Part shown: positions 20,586 to 29,412 of the stretch, in pieces | Position numbering within the stretch: position 1 is the first letter of the stretch | Layout: every line of letters starts with the position of its first letter | Assembly (NCBI GenBank): GCA_947306055.1 | Contig: CAMZFK010000001.1 | Span: forward strand, 10,276 to 74,275 | DNA length: 64,000 bases | Source: an uncultured Candidatus Saccharibacteria bacterium | Lineage (GTDB): Bacteria; Patescibacteriota; Saccharimonadia; Saccharimonadales; Saccharimonadaceae | Direction: 5' to 3' | Notes under the pieces: model-generated | Database searches by the model: none | What the model saw: only the letters and a program-made list of their open reading frames with translations | What the model was told of the DNA's origin: nothing | Made by a program: the position numbers and the translations under genes

Positions 20586-20617
20586 AAAAACTCACCCCTG
20601 CTTTTGGCAAGGGTGAG
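20586..20617 (-). terminator. Intrinsic terminator after rpsH
   Basis: CTCACCC...GGGTGAG stem followed by TTTTT on the minus strand. Confidence 0.8.
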
Positions 20618-20637
20618 CCACCATATATAATATATGA

Positions 20638-21039
20638 TTACCAAACCTTTACAAGGATTTCCCCGCCAAGTCCAGCCTTTTTGGCTTCACGACCAGTCAT
20701 AAGACCATGAGACGTAGATACAATTATTGCACCACGACCAGATTTTATAACTGGAAGTTCTGCGGCTGCCGAGTAAACACGGCGACCTGGCTTAGAAACT
20801 TTTGTGATTTCATTAATCTTAGCTGCCATGCCTGGCTCATTGATTTTTACATGAATCATTGCGCGAGGCTTGCCGTCGACTAATTCAAATGAAGACAAAT
20901 ATCCGTTTTTTGTCAAAATCTCGATTACTGCTAATTTGAGCTTAGAAGTAGGGACGAGAATTTCATTTTTGCCAACCATCACTGCATTACGAATGCGGGT
21001 AATGAGGTCTGCAACTTGATCAGTAGATTGTAATGACAT
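20638..21039 (-). CDS. rpsH: 30S ribosomal protein S8
   Basis: DLITRIRNA, SKPGRRVY, STSHGLMT, GGEIL. Confidence 0.98.
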   Translation of the reverse strand: MSLQSTDQVADLITRIRNAVMVGKNEILVPTSKLKLAVIEILTKNGYLSSFELVDGKPRAMIHVKINEPGMAAKINEITKVSKPGRRVYSAAAELPVIKSGRGAIIVSTSHGLMTGREAKKAGLGGEILVKVW

Positions 21040-21054
21040 ATTTTCTCCTTTCTC

Positions 21055-21324
21055 CTACCAGCTACTCTTTGTTACACCAGGGATTTCACCTTTAGAGGCT
21101 TTTTCCCGGAAGTTAATACGTGATAAACCAAAACGGCGCATATAGCCACGTGGACGACCATCAAGCATGTCGCGATTCTTAAGGCGCGTCACTGAGGCAT
21201 TACGTGGTAATTTCTGTAGACCTTCAAGGTCGCCAGCCGCCTTTAGCTCATCTCGCTTAGCTTTATATTTTTCATACATTTTGCGACGCTTTTCGTCGCG
21301 AAGTACTGCAGATTTCTTTGCCAT
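21055..21324 (-). CDS. rpsN: 30S ribosomal protein S14, zinc-independent 89-aa form
   Basis: MAKKS start, [23 protein letters not shown]; no Cys. Confidence 0.97.
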   Translation of the reverse strand: MAKKSAVLRDEKRRKMYEKYKAKRDELKAAGDLEGLQKLPRNASVTRLKNRDMLDGRPRGYMRRFGLSRINFREKASKGEIPGVTKSSW

Positions 21325-21325
21325 C

Positions 21326-21913
21326 TTACTTGCCCTCCTTCTCGAATGGCATTCCAAAGAGTTCTAGCAATCTCAAACTTCCTTCCTTTGAACCATTTTT
21401 AATAATAAATGTTACTTCTAGGCCATGTAAGACCGCTGCATCCTCAAATGTAATCTCTGGGAAAACAGTTTGTTCCTTAAGACCAAGATTATAATTACCC
21501 TGTTTATCAAACGCAACGCGAGACACGCCGTGAAAATCACGCACATGTGGCAAAGCGATATTGATTAAACGATCAACGAATTCATACATCTTATCGTTGC
21601 GAAGAGTGGTAAGATACCCAACCGGGGCACCCATACCTTTACGAATCTTAAAGGTAGCGATAGACTTCTTTGCAAGACGCGAAGTCGCTGCCTGACCAGT
21701 AATCTTCGCCAAGGTAAGCTCTACTGTCTCAGTAAATTTCTTATCTTCGCGTTTTTTGCCTACACCAGACGATACAACTACTTTCTTTAGTTCTGGTACT
21801 TGGTTGATATTCTTTAGCCCAAGCTCCTTCATCAGCTTAGCTTTTAGCTCACTGTTATATAGAGCCTTGAGGCGTGGTTGTGCTTTAGTAGCAGCCGTTT
21901 TCTTTTCCGCCAT
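21326..21913 (-). CDS. rplE: 50S ribosomal protein L5
   Basis: [31 protein letters not shown]. Confidence 0.98.
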   Translation of the reverse strand: MAEKKTAATKAQPRLKALYNSELKAKLMKELGLKNINQVPELKKVVVSSGVGKKREDKKFTETVELTLAKITGQAATSRLAKKSIATFKIRKGMGAPVGYLTTLRNDKMYEFVDRLINIALPHVRDFHGVSRVAFDKQGNYNLGLKEQTVFPEITFEDAAVLHGLEVTFIIKNGSKEGSLRLLELFGMPFEKEGK

Positions 21914-22179
21914 TATTTAGCTCCTTTCTTGGCCTTAGTAGATTTACCAGCTTTAACAGCTTCGGCTTCTTTTACTACTTTTAAATTAGACATGTCAATG
22001 CCGAGATGAATCGTCTTCTTACCACCATTAGGATTCATATAAGTCTTCTTCATGTGGCGTTCAACTATGCCGATTCCTTCAAGCATTGCTTTGCTATTCT
22101 TGCGATCAATCTTTACGATTTTTGCCTCTTTGCCTTTATTATCACCAGCAAGTATTAATACGGTATCATTGACTTTCAT
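21913..22179 (-). CDS. rplX: 50S ribosomal protein L24 (short)
   Basis: KOW-type DTVLILAGDNKGKEAKI, IDMSNL; lies between rplN and rplE. Confidence 0.92.
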   Translation of the reverse strand: MKVNDTVLILAGDNKGKEAKIVKIDRKNSKAMLEGIGIVERHMKKTYMNPNGGKKTIHLGIDMSNLKVVKEAEAVKAGKSTKAKKGAK

Positions 22180-22547
22180 TATAGTACCTCCGGTGCAAGG
22201 CTAATAATTTTTGCAAAACCAGCATCACGAAGTTCCCTAGGAATTGGGCCAAAGACACGCGTACCTTTAGGGGTCTTATCTTCGTTTACGAGTACTGCTG
22301 CGTTTTCGTCGAAACGAATGGTAGAACCATCCGGACGACGAATTGGTGCTACAGTACGAACGATTACTGCTTTTACTACTGCTTTTTTCTTTACGTTGCC
22401 AGTAGGAGACGCATCCTTAACCGAACAAGTTACGATGTCGCCTACATGTGCATACCGAGCCCTAGTACCACCAAGTACGCGGATTACTCCAAGCTCTTTA
22501 GCGCCACTATTGTCGGCAACCTTTAGTCTAGTTTCCTGCTGGATCAT
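22179..22547 (-). CDS. rplN: 50S ribosomal protein L14
   Basis: [24 protein letters not shown]. Confidence 0.98.
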   Translation of the reverse strand: MIQQETRLKVADNSGAKELGVIRVLGGTRARYAHVGDIVTCSVKDASPTGNVKKKAVVKAVIVRTVAPIRRPDGSTIRFDENAAVLVNEDKTPKGTRVFGPIPRELRDAGFAKIISLAPEVL

Positions 22548-22815
22548 CGATGTCCTCCTTTAATTCTACCGTGCCATGCGACTTCTCGAGAACTTTTACC
22601 AAAGTATAAGCTTTGGTCTTCGAGAGAGGTCGAGTAGCAGCAATTTCTACACGATCGCCCATCTTTGCTTCGTTCTTTTCATCGTGAGCAGTATATTTAC
22701 GAGTTTTCGTGTACTGTTTACGATAGAGCGGATGAGTTTCACGGTTTACCGTTGCAACGGTAATGGTCTTATCACGCTTATCGGAAGTCACTACCCCAAC
22801 TAATGTGTGTGCCAT
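22528..22815 (-). CDS. rpsQ: 30S ribosomal protein S17
   Basis: [28 protein letters not shown]. Confidence 0.97.
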   Translation of the reverse strand: MAHTLVGVVTSDKRDKTITVATVNRETHPLYRKQYTKTRKYTAHDEKNEAKMGDRVEIAATRPLSKTKAYTLVKVLEKSHGTVELKEDIDDPAGN

Positions 22816-22816
22816 A

Positions 22817-23236
22817 TTAAAACTCCTCTTTCTTTATAATTTTACATTTCACTGGCAATTTATGCGATGCAAGCCTCAAAGCCTCTTTAGCTTGTTCTTC
22901 TGCCACATCTGCGATTTCAAACATCACAGTGCCAGCTTTCACCTTAGCAACATAGAATTGTGGCTCACCTTTACCAGAACCCATTTTTACATCAAGTGGT
23001 TTCTTGGTTACAGGTGTGTGTGGGAAAATCCTAATCCAGATTTTGCCGCCACGTTTGATGTAACGAGTGATTGCCTGACGGGCTGCCTCAATCTGACGAG
23101 AGTTGATACGCTCGTTGTCAAGGGACATAAGACCGTAGTCACCAAACGCTACAGTATTGCAACGAGTTGCAATGCCTTCATTTTTACCTTTGCGAACCTT
23201 GCGGTGTGCAGTTTTTCTTGGAAGTAAAATAGCCAT
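22817..23236 (-). CDS. rplP: 50S ribosomal protein L16
   Basis: QIEAAR, WIRIFP, MGSGKG, KLPVK. Confidence 0.98.
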   Translation of the reverse strand: MAILLPRKTAHRKVRKGKNEGIATRCNTVAFGDYGLMSLDNERINSRQIEAARQAITRYIKRGGKIWIRIFPHTPVTKKPLDVKMGSGKGEPQFYVAKVKAGTVMFEIADVAEEQAKEALRLASHKLPVKCKIIKKEEF

Positions 23237-23238
23237 AA

Positions 23239-23865
23239 TTATTTCTCCCCCTTATAAATCCAGACCTTTACGCCAACGATACCTGCAATAGTTGGAGCAT
23301 GATGACAATAGAAATCGATATCTGCTCTCAAAGTATGTAGAGGCACTGAACCTTCGATAAACTTCTCACGGCGGCTCATTTCAGCGCCATTCAAACGACC
23401 AGCTACCTCAATACGTACGCCCTTCGCGCCAGCGTTCATCGTAGACTGAAGAGCAGTCTTTACTGCGCGACGGAAATTCATACGCTTACCAAGTTGGAAA
23501 CCAATATTCTCAGCTACAAGTTTTGCATTAAGCTCTGGTTTTTTAACTTCTTCTACATTAATTCTTACTGGACCATCGATGATTTTTTCAAGATCTTTCT
23601 TGAGTTCATTGATACCAGCGCCTTGTTTGCCAATTACTGCACCAGCTTTTGCGGTTAAAATCGTAACCGTGGTGAGATTGGCCGAACGCTCAATATTGAT
23701 TCGTGCAATCGTAGGACGACTCTTAAATCGATCTTCGATCAGATCACGAATCTTTGCATCTTCCACCAACCAATGGCGAAAATCAGACTTTCTCGTAAAC
23801 CATTTCGAGGTCCAATCTTTGCTAACTTGGAGACGGTAAGATAATGGATTAACCTTCTGACCCAT
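23239..23865 (-). CDS. rpsC: 30S ribosomal protein S3
   Basis: MGQKVNP, GRLNGAEMSR, VPLHTLRADID. Confidence 0.98.
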   Translation of the reverse strand: MGQKVNPLSYRLQVSKDWTSKWFTRKSDFRHWLVEDAKIRDLIEDRFKSRPTIARINIERSANLTTVTILTAKAGAVIGKQGAGINELKKDLEKIIDGPVRINVEEVKKPELNAKLVAENIGFQLGKRMNFRRAVKTALQSTMNAGAKGVRIEVAGRLNGAEMSRREKFIEGSVPLHTLRADIDFYCHHAPTIAGIVGVKVWIYKGEK

Positions 23866-23866
23866 G

Positions 23867-24274
23867 TTACTTTTTCTCCTTTTCAGCCGTCTCAGCCTTT
23901 TCTGCAGTAGCGGCTTTCTTTACTTTTTCTTCGCCGGCGACCTCGACGAAAATATTACTACTAATCTTCTCAAATGGTAATGCGCGACCTCTTGAAGCTG
24001 GTACATAACGACGCATTCTCGTACCGCTTGTTACGAAAATCCTTGCAATTCTTATCGTTTTTGGATCAATCGAGACCTTTGAATTGTTGATAAGGTTTGC
24101 ATTTGCGGATTCTACGGCTTTCAAAACTGCTCTTGCGGCACGGCGTGGCGTATTCTCTAGAATAACTACTGCGTCAGATACATATCTATCACGAACCAAT
24201 GATGCAACAATGTTAGTCTTGCGTGGTTGAGAATCGATACCTTTTTCATAAGCATGTGCAAAATGTGTTGTCAT
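23867..24274 (-). CDS. rplV: 50S ribosomal protein L22
   Basis: QPRK, KAVESANAN, PASRGRA; operon position. Confidence 0.95.
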   Translation of the reverse strand: MTTHFAHAYEKGIDSQPRKTNIVASLVRDRYVSDAVVILENTPRRAARAVLKAVESANANLINNSKVSIDPKTIRIARIFVTSGTRMRRYVPASRGRALPFEKISSNIFVEVAGEEKVKKAATAEKAETAEKEKK

Positions 24275-24276
24275 GA

Positions 24277-24570
24277 TTAATTACCTCCCTTAGCTGCAGC
24301 AGCTTCGGCAGCTTTTTTACCACCATGGCGCTTAAATTTACGAGTTGGCGCAAATTCACCAAGTTTGTGACCTACCATATTTTCTGATACGAAAACAGGC
24401 ACATGAACTCTACCATTGTGAACAGCAATCGTTCTACCGACCATTTCTGGAGAAATTGTCGACTGGCGAGCCCAAGTCTTAATCACAGTGCGATCCGAGG
24501 TGTCAAGAGCGGCAACTTTTTTCGCGAGTTTGTAGTCTACAAATAGACCTTTCTTAAGACTCCGAGACAT
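24277..24570 (-). CDS. rpsS: 30S ribosomal protein S19
   Basis: [21 protein letters not shown]. Confidence 0.98.
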   Translation of the reverse strand: MSRSLKKGLFVDYKLAKKVAALDTSDRTVIKTWARQSTISPEMVGRTIAVHNGRVHVPVFVSENMVGHKLGEFAPTRKFKRHGGKKAAEAAAAKGGN

Positions 24571-25403
24571 TATTTCCTCTTTCCTTCGTGGCGACTGCGC
24601 ACGATCATTTTATTAGTTTTCTTATTATGGCGCGTACGGTAGCCAAGAGTGAGTTGACCCCAAGGCGTACGTGGCGCTTTACCTGAACCATGGCGACCAC
24701 CATCACCACCACCGTGTGGGTGATCTGTAGCATTCATCACAACACCACGAACCGTTGGGCGGATGCCTTTACGGCGACGACGACCAGCGCTACCAATTTT
24801 TACGTTCTGATGTTGCAAGTTGGAAACTGTACCAATTGAAGCCTCGCAGGTAGCCAAAACTTTACGAACCTCACCAGATGGCATTCTAAGAGTGGCATAG
24901 CCGTCTTCTTTTGCCATAAGCTGTGCTGAGGCACCAGCTGCGCGCACCATCTGTGCACCACGACCTGGAGTTAATTCAATTGCGTAAACGAATGTACCTA
25001 CTGGAATATTCTCGAGTGGTAAGCGGTTAGAATCTTCTACTTCCTCTTCGCAAGTCTTAAAAGTAGTCCCACGAGTCATCTTCGTGTCAGCAAGTACATA
25101 GTAATAAGTACCATTTTGGTCTTTTACTCTTGCAATACGTGCTGAGCGATTTGGATCGTACTCAATCTCTTCCACGGTAAGAGTAAGACCCTTTGGTAAA
25201 TTATAGCTAATAATACGATAATGGCGCTTGACGCCTCCACCACGATGACGTACGGTAATACGACCTTGGTTATTTTTACCCGCCCGTTGCTTCTTGGCAG
25301 CTAAAAGCGACTTCATTGGCTTATTGGTCGTAATTTGATCATAATCCTCAGTCGTCTTCTGACGCTGCGCCGGCGTAATTGGGCGATATGCTTTAATACC
25401 CAT
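24570..25403 (-). CDS. rplB: 50S ribosomal protein L2
   Basis: [28 protein letters not shown]. Confidence 0.98.
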   Translation of the reverse strand: MGIKAYRPITPAQRQKTTEDYDQITTNKPMKSLLAAKKQRAGKNNQGRITVRHRGGGVKRHYRIISYNLPKGLTLTVEEIEYDPNRSARIARVKDQNGTYYYVLADTKMTRGTTFKTCEEEVEDSNRLPLENIPVGTFVYAIELTPGRGAQMVRAAGASAQLMAKEDGYATLRMPSGEVRKVLATCEASIGTVSNLQHQNVKIGSAGRRRRKGIRPTVRGVVMNATDHPHGGGDGGRHGSGKAPRTPWGQLTLGYRTRHNKKTNKMIVRSRHEGKRK

Positions 25404-25801
25404 TATTTATTCTCCTTACCTGCTTTCTTGTCTGCTTTTGCTTCCTTAGCCTTAGCATCCTTTGCGCTGGTTTTATTATCTTCTGACTGCTCTTCAAATA
25501 CCTTGATAGAGTCGCCTTCTTTCAAAGTAACGTATGCATACTTTTTATCCTGACGATGGGTAATACCTGGGTAAGCATGTTTACCTTTAGAAAACTTCGT
25601 TTTCTTACCGTCGCGAATCAAAGTTCTTACATCCGTCACTGTCACGTTAAATTCTTTTTCTACAAGTTTAGCAATTTCTTGCTTGCTCATTCCTACCTTT
25701 ACAGGAAATACATAAGTACGCTTAGTCTGTTCAAAGTAACTTTTTTCGGTAGCACGAGGCTCAAGAATATTTAACTTAATTTTTGCATCATCTTTAGCCA
25801 T
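25403..25801 (-). CDS. rplW: 50S ribosomal protein L23 with charged C-terminal extension
   Basis: PRATEKS, YVF, KYAYVTL; operon position. Confidence 0.95.
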   Translation of the reverse strand: MAKDDAKIKLNILEPRATEKSYFEQTKRTYVFPVKVGMSKQEIAKLVEKEFNVTVTDVRTLIRDGKKTKFSKGKHAYPGITHRQDKKYAYVTLKEGDSIKVFEEQSEDNKTSAKDAKAKEAKADKKAGKENK

Positions 25802-25802
25802 G

Positions 25803-26402
25803 TTACTTCTCCTCTCCCTTTAGCCATTCGGTAGTAGCCTTCAAGCCTGCTTCAGTAAACACAATCACATCTGCGTTCATAATGTCAAAGACGTTAAGAT
25901 ATGTAGATTTTACAAGTTTCACATAGCAGATATTGTTCGTAGAGCGTAAAACTTCTGGAGTCTTCTCTGCAACTACGGCAAGAATATTCTTACCATCAAT
26001 CTTAAGATCTTTAGCAATTTTTACTGCATCTTTAGTTTTACCAGAAACTTTTACATCTGCTGGAAGGACAATGATGGCCTTCTCTGCATTCTTAATCGAA
26101 AGAGCTTGGCAAACTGCTTGGCGCTTTGCGGATTTGGAAATCTTCTTAGTGAAGTTCTCTTCACCAGTGCGACCAAAGGCCACACCACCATGACGCCAGA
26201 TAGGGTTACGGGTTGAACCAAAACGAGCGCGTCCAGTGCCTTTTTGCTTCCATGGCTTTTTGCCACCACCACTCACTTCGCCACGTTTCAAAGTCTTTGC
26301 GTGAGAAGAACGAGAGTTAGCAAGATATGCATCATAAGCAAGCTTAATTAATTCATGGTTTTCTACGGAAAGTCCGAAAATGTCTTTATCTAAAGTAGCC
26401 AT
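25803..26402 (-). CDS. rplD: 50S ribosomal protein L4
   Basis: RGEVSGGGKKPWKQKGTGRAR. Confidence 0.98.
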   Translation of the reverse strand: MATLDKDIFGLSVENHELIKLAYDAYLANSRSSHAKTLKRGEVSGGGKKPWKQKGTGRARFGSTRNPIWRHGGVAFGRTGEENFTKKISKSAKRQAVCQALSIKNAEKAIIVLPADVKVSGKTKDAVKIAKDLKIDGKNILAVVAEKTPEVLRSTNNICYVKLVKSTYLNVFDIMNADVIVFTEAGLKATTEWLKGEEK

Positions 26403-26403
26403 A

Positions 26404-27024
26404 TTACTCCTTTCCCTCCACGGTCACGATTGCCTTCTTTGGACCAGGAACTGCACCTTTTAGACCAATCAAATTATTTGCAGCGTCAATGTAAGCTACA
26501 ACTAGATTTTTTACGGTCACGGTGTCACTACCCATTCGTCCTGGCATCTTCTTGCCTTTGAAAACTTTTTGTGGGTACATCGAACCAATTGAGCCAACTT
26601 TTCTAATATCGCCCTTAAAACCGTGCGTATTACGAGACTCGTTGAAGTTCCAACGTTTTACCGTACCAGCATAACCTTTACCTTTGCTAGTACCAGTAAC
26701 GGCGACCTTATCACCAAGTTTAAAGCTTTCAACTGTGAGTTGGTCACCCAATTTAATTCCCTCAGGAAGCTCGTCTACACGAAATTCCTTGAGAACTTTA
26801 GGGTTTATATTTTCACCAGCCTTTTTTACGTGGCCAGTCACCGACTTGCTCAGATTCCGACCTTGACCATACCCCACCTGCACAGCGTTATAACCATCGG
26901 TTTCGATAGTTTTAATCTGAGTCACTGCGCATGGGCCGGCTTGTAGTATCGTTACAGGAGTAACAACACCATCTTCGCCGATGATCTGGGTCATACCAAT
27001 TTTGGTGCCGAGAATGACTTGCAT
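26404..27024 (-). CDS. rplC: 50S ribosomal protein L3
   Basis: GTKIGMTQI, DGYNAVQ, SKGKG, KGKKMPGRMG. Confidence 0.98.
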   Translation of the reverse strand: MQVILGTKIGMTQIIGEDGVVTPVTILQAGPCAVTQIKTIETDGYNAVQVGYGQGRNLSKSVTGHVKKAGENINPKVLKEFRVDELPEGIKLGDQLTVESFKLGDKVAVTGTSKGKGYAGTVKRWNFNESRNTHGFKGDIRKVGSIGSMYPQKVFKGKKMPGRMGSDTVTVKNLVVAYIDAANNLIGLKGAVPGPKKAIVTVEGKE

Positions 27025-27128
27025 ATCTTGCCTTTCCTTTATTTTTTACACTTAAATAACTAGACTTTTAAGCTGGTTTCCAAGCTTTAAAAGCTTTAGA
27101 CCTCGCCTTATGTCTAGATAACTACTTA

Positions 27129-27157
27129 ATTCTAGCACACTTTTAACATTTTTTCAA
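27129..27157 (-). promoter_or_regulatory. Promoter of the rplC operon
   Basis: TTGAAA-17 bp-TAGAAT with TG extension. Confidence 0.7.
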
Positions 27158-27206
27158 GAGGTTTTTCACCAAAAATCAACGAAAAGCACTACTTTTTTAT
27201 AGCAGT

Positions 27207-27920
27207 CTACACATCCGCAGAAGCTGGAGCCATCACATTTTTCAGCACGGCTCGCACAAATTGCCTCGAAAGGTATGTTTTTTGAAGGTCTGACCACTCT
27301 CCAGTACAGGTAACTAGCGACAACGCTTCTTTACCCGGCTCCGGAGAACGCATCGCTACACCCATATATTTATCAGATTGTTCTAGTGGCTTTTCTTCGT
27401 TAGAAAAGACAGCGTATTCAAAAATCTGTCCATCCCCACGCTCAATTTTTATCAAATCACCTTCTTCTAGTTTGTTCAAATCCCTGAAAACGCCATACTC
27501 GCTCGGTCCACCACTATGACCATCGATCAACAGCGTCCCGCCCTCGCCAGGCTTACCGGACTCCTTAAACCATCCAACATCAAAAATATTGTTTGGAGTC
27601 CCAAGCTCACCACTTGGAACAATTCCGACCGCAACAACCCTTGCATTATGAATCCCGAGCTTATCAATCGTTAAATATCTAGGCGCATCTGCCACCGCAG
27701 TATGGCTATTGATGTCTTCCTCGCTCGGGGCAGTCTCAATCAGAGTAGTTTTTTTTTGCTCTGAACTTATGCTTGGGACGCGCTCACTTCCTTCTTTCTC
27801 GCGGTAATAAGCATTCTCCCACACTGCAACGCGTATAAAGAATACTAAGGCCAAAACAATAGCCACCACCGCAGCGGAAAATTCTAAAATCTTGCGCCAG
27901 CCCTTAATCTTCAAGCTCAT
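27207..27920 (-). CDS. Class F sortase
   Basis: N-terminal TM; VGWF...KPGEGGT, DGH (His), LVTCTG (Cys), SRQFV (Arg). Confidence 0.88.
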   Translation of the reverse strand: MSLKIKGWRKILEFSAAVVAIVLALVFFIRVAVWENAYYREKEGSERVPSISSEQKKTTLIETAPSEEDINSHTAVADAPRYLTIDKLGIHNARVVAVGIVPSGELGTPNNIFDVGWFKESGKPGEGGTLLIDGHSGGPSEYGVFRDLNKLEEGDLIKIERGDGQIFEYAVFSNEEKPLEQSDKYMGVAMRSPEPGKEALSLVTCTGEWSDLQKTYLSRQFVRAVLKNVMAPASADV

Positions 27921-29337
27921 TTTTGAAATCGTCGTAAGTTATCATTAATGCTCTTGAATCTATCGACCTTAGGTTCTCTAGTGCCACCGTCACTACAATA
28001 AGAAGCCCCGTACCAGAAATCGAAAGCCCTTGCGGCGCGCCAGTCGCCAATATAAACACGTAGTCTGTCGCGAATGGCAACATTGCAATCACGCCAAGCG
28101 CTAAAGCACCAAACAAATCTAGACGATTTACGACTTTGCTTAAATATTTTGCCGTCTTAGCACCTGGACGGACACCCTCAATAAACCCGCCCTGTTTCTG
28201 TAAGTTGTCCGCAATCTCTTTGGTATTGAAGATAATTGAAGTATAAAAATACGTAAATACAAATACTAGCACAAAGTACATCGCTGGATAAACAAACCAT
28301 TGACCAGTGATTCCGTCTGGGTACATTGTGCTAAAATTGCCAGCCGACGGCGCAGAAAATACCGTAATTAACGATTGTCCAAATTCATTACCAGCATCCA
28401 CCGACACAATAACTTGCCCAATCAAGGCTGGGAGCGACAAGAAAGCCGTCGCAAAAATCACTGGGACCACACCGGCAGCAATCAATTTAATCGGCAAAAT
28501 TGACCTAATACCACCATATGATGAATTCCCATGCACACGTTTTGCATAATTAATTGTAATAATTCTCTGCGCCTCGTTAAGCTTCACTAAGAAGTAAATT
28601 ACTATCAGCAGTGCAATTCCAAATCCTAGAACAATCCAGAAAACCGTCGGATTTACAGGCAAATTCAGCCAGCCAAACAAACTCAAGCTACCCTCCGAAG
28701 TGTTAAAGAGGGCTGCACCAAGCGATGCCATAGTCGTAGGAAGCTGCGAGATGATCGAAGCGAAAATAATTGTAGAAATACCATTACCAATCCCCTGCTC
28801 AGTAATAAGCTCACCAAGCCACATCAATATCACAGATCCAGCCGTCATAGCCGTCACAGATAATACCCAGTCACCCGCCGTAGGGACAAACTCCGTAGCA
28901 ATATTTGCAGAAATCGTCGTTTGATACAAAATAAAAATATATGCTACAGATTGGATAATCGCTAGTGGAACCGTAAGCATCCTAGTCCACTGATTAATCT
29001 TGCGACGACCAGATTCGCCATCGTTCGATAATTCTTCTAGTCTCGGAATAGCTTTTGTTAGAAGCTGAATAATAATCGAACCAGTAATGTACGGAGATAA
29101 GCCCACAAGAATAATGCTGAAGCCAGCAAGACCACCACCAGAAATTAAATTCAAGAAATTAGAAAAGTCCGACTTCTCAAGTAGGTTTGAGACAGCCTCT
29201 TTGAATGTAGCTGCGTCGCCCATAGGGACCGGAATTTGTGCGAGTAATCTGTATGCCACCACGATGCCAAGAATAATCATTATTCTTCTTAGCATATCTT
29301 TGTTCTTTAGGGATTTAAAAATAGTCTTGAAATGCAT
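27904..29337 (-). CDS. secY: Preprotein translocase subunit SecY
   Basis: GLSPYITGSIIIQLL, WLGELITEQGIGNG, NLQKQGGFIEGVRPG, SGTGLLIVV. Confidence 0.98.
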   Translation of the reverse strand: MHFKTIFKSLKNKDMLRRIMIILGIVVAYRLLAQIPVPMGDAATFKEAVSNLLEKSDFSNFLNLISGGGLAGFSIILVGLSPYITGSIIIQLLTKAIPRLEELSNDGESGRRKINQWTRMLTVPLAIIQSVAYIFILYQTTISANIATEFVPTAGDWVLSVTAMTAGSVILMWLGELITEQGIGNGISTIIFASIISQLPTTMASLGAALFNTSEGSLSLFGWLNLPVNPTVFWIVLGFGIALLIVIYFLVKLNEAQRIITINYAKRVHGNSSYGGIRSILPIKLIAAGVVPVIFATAFLSLPALIGQVIVSVDAGNEFGQSLITVFSAPSAGNFSTMYPDGITGQWFVYPAMYFVLVFVFTYFYTSIIFNTKEIADNLQKQGGFIEGVRPGAKTAKYLSKVVNRLDLFGALALGVIAMLPFATDYVFILATGAPQGLSISGTGLLIVVTVALENLRSIDSRALMITYDDFKNELED

Positions 29338-29373
29338 ACATATAATATATCACACTTTAGGGTTTTTTAAAAC

Positions 29374-29404
29374 AAAAATAGCCCCGATGAAGGGGCTATT
29401 TTTT
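29374..29404. terminator. Intrinsic terminator after rpoC
   Basis: AAAAATAGCCCC...GGGGCTATTTTT. Confidence 0.85.
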
Positions 29405-29412
29405 GTTTTATT

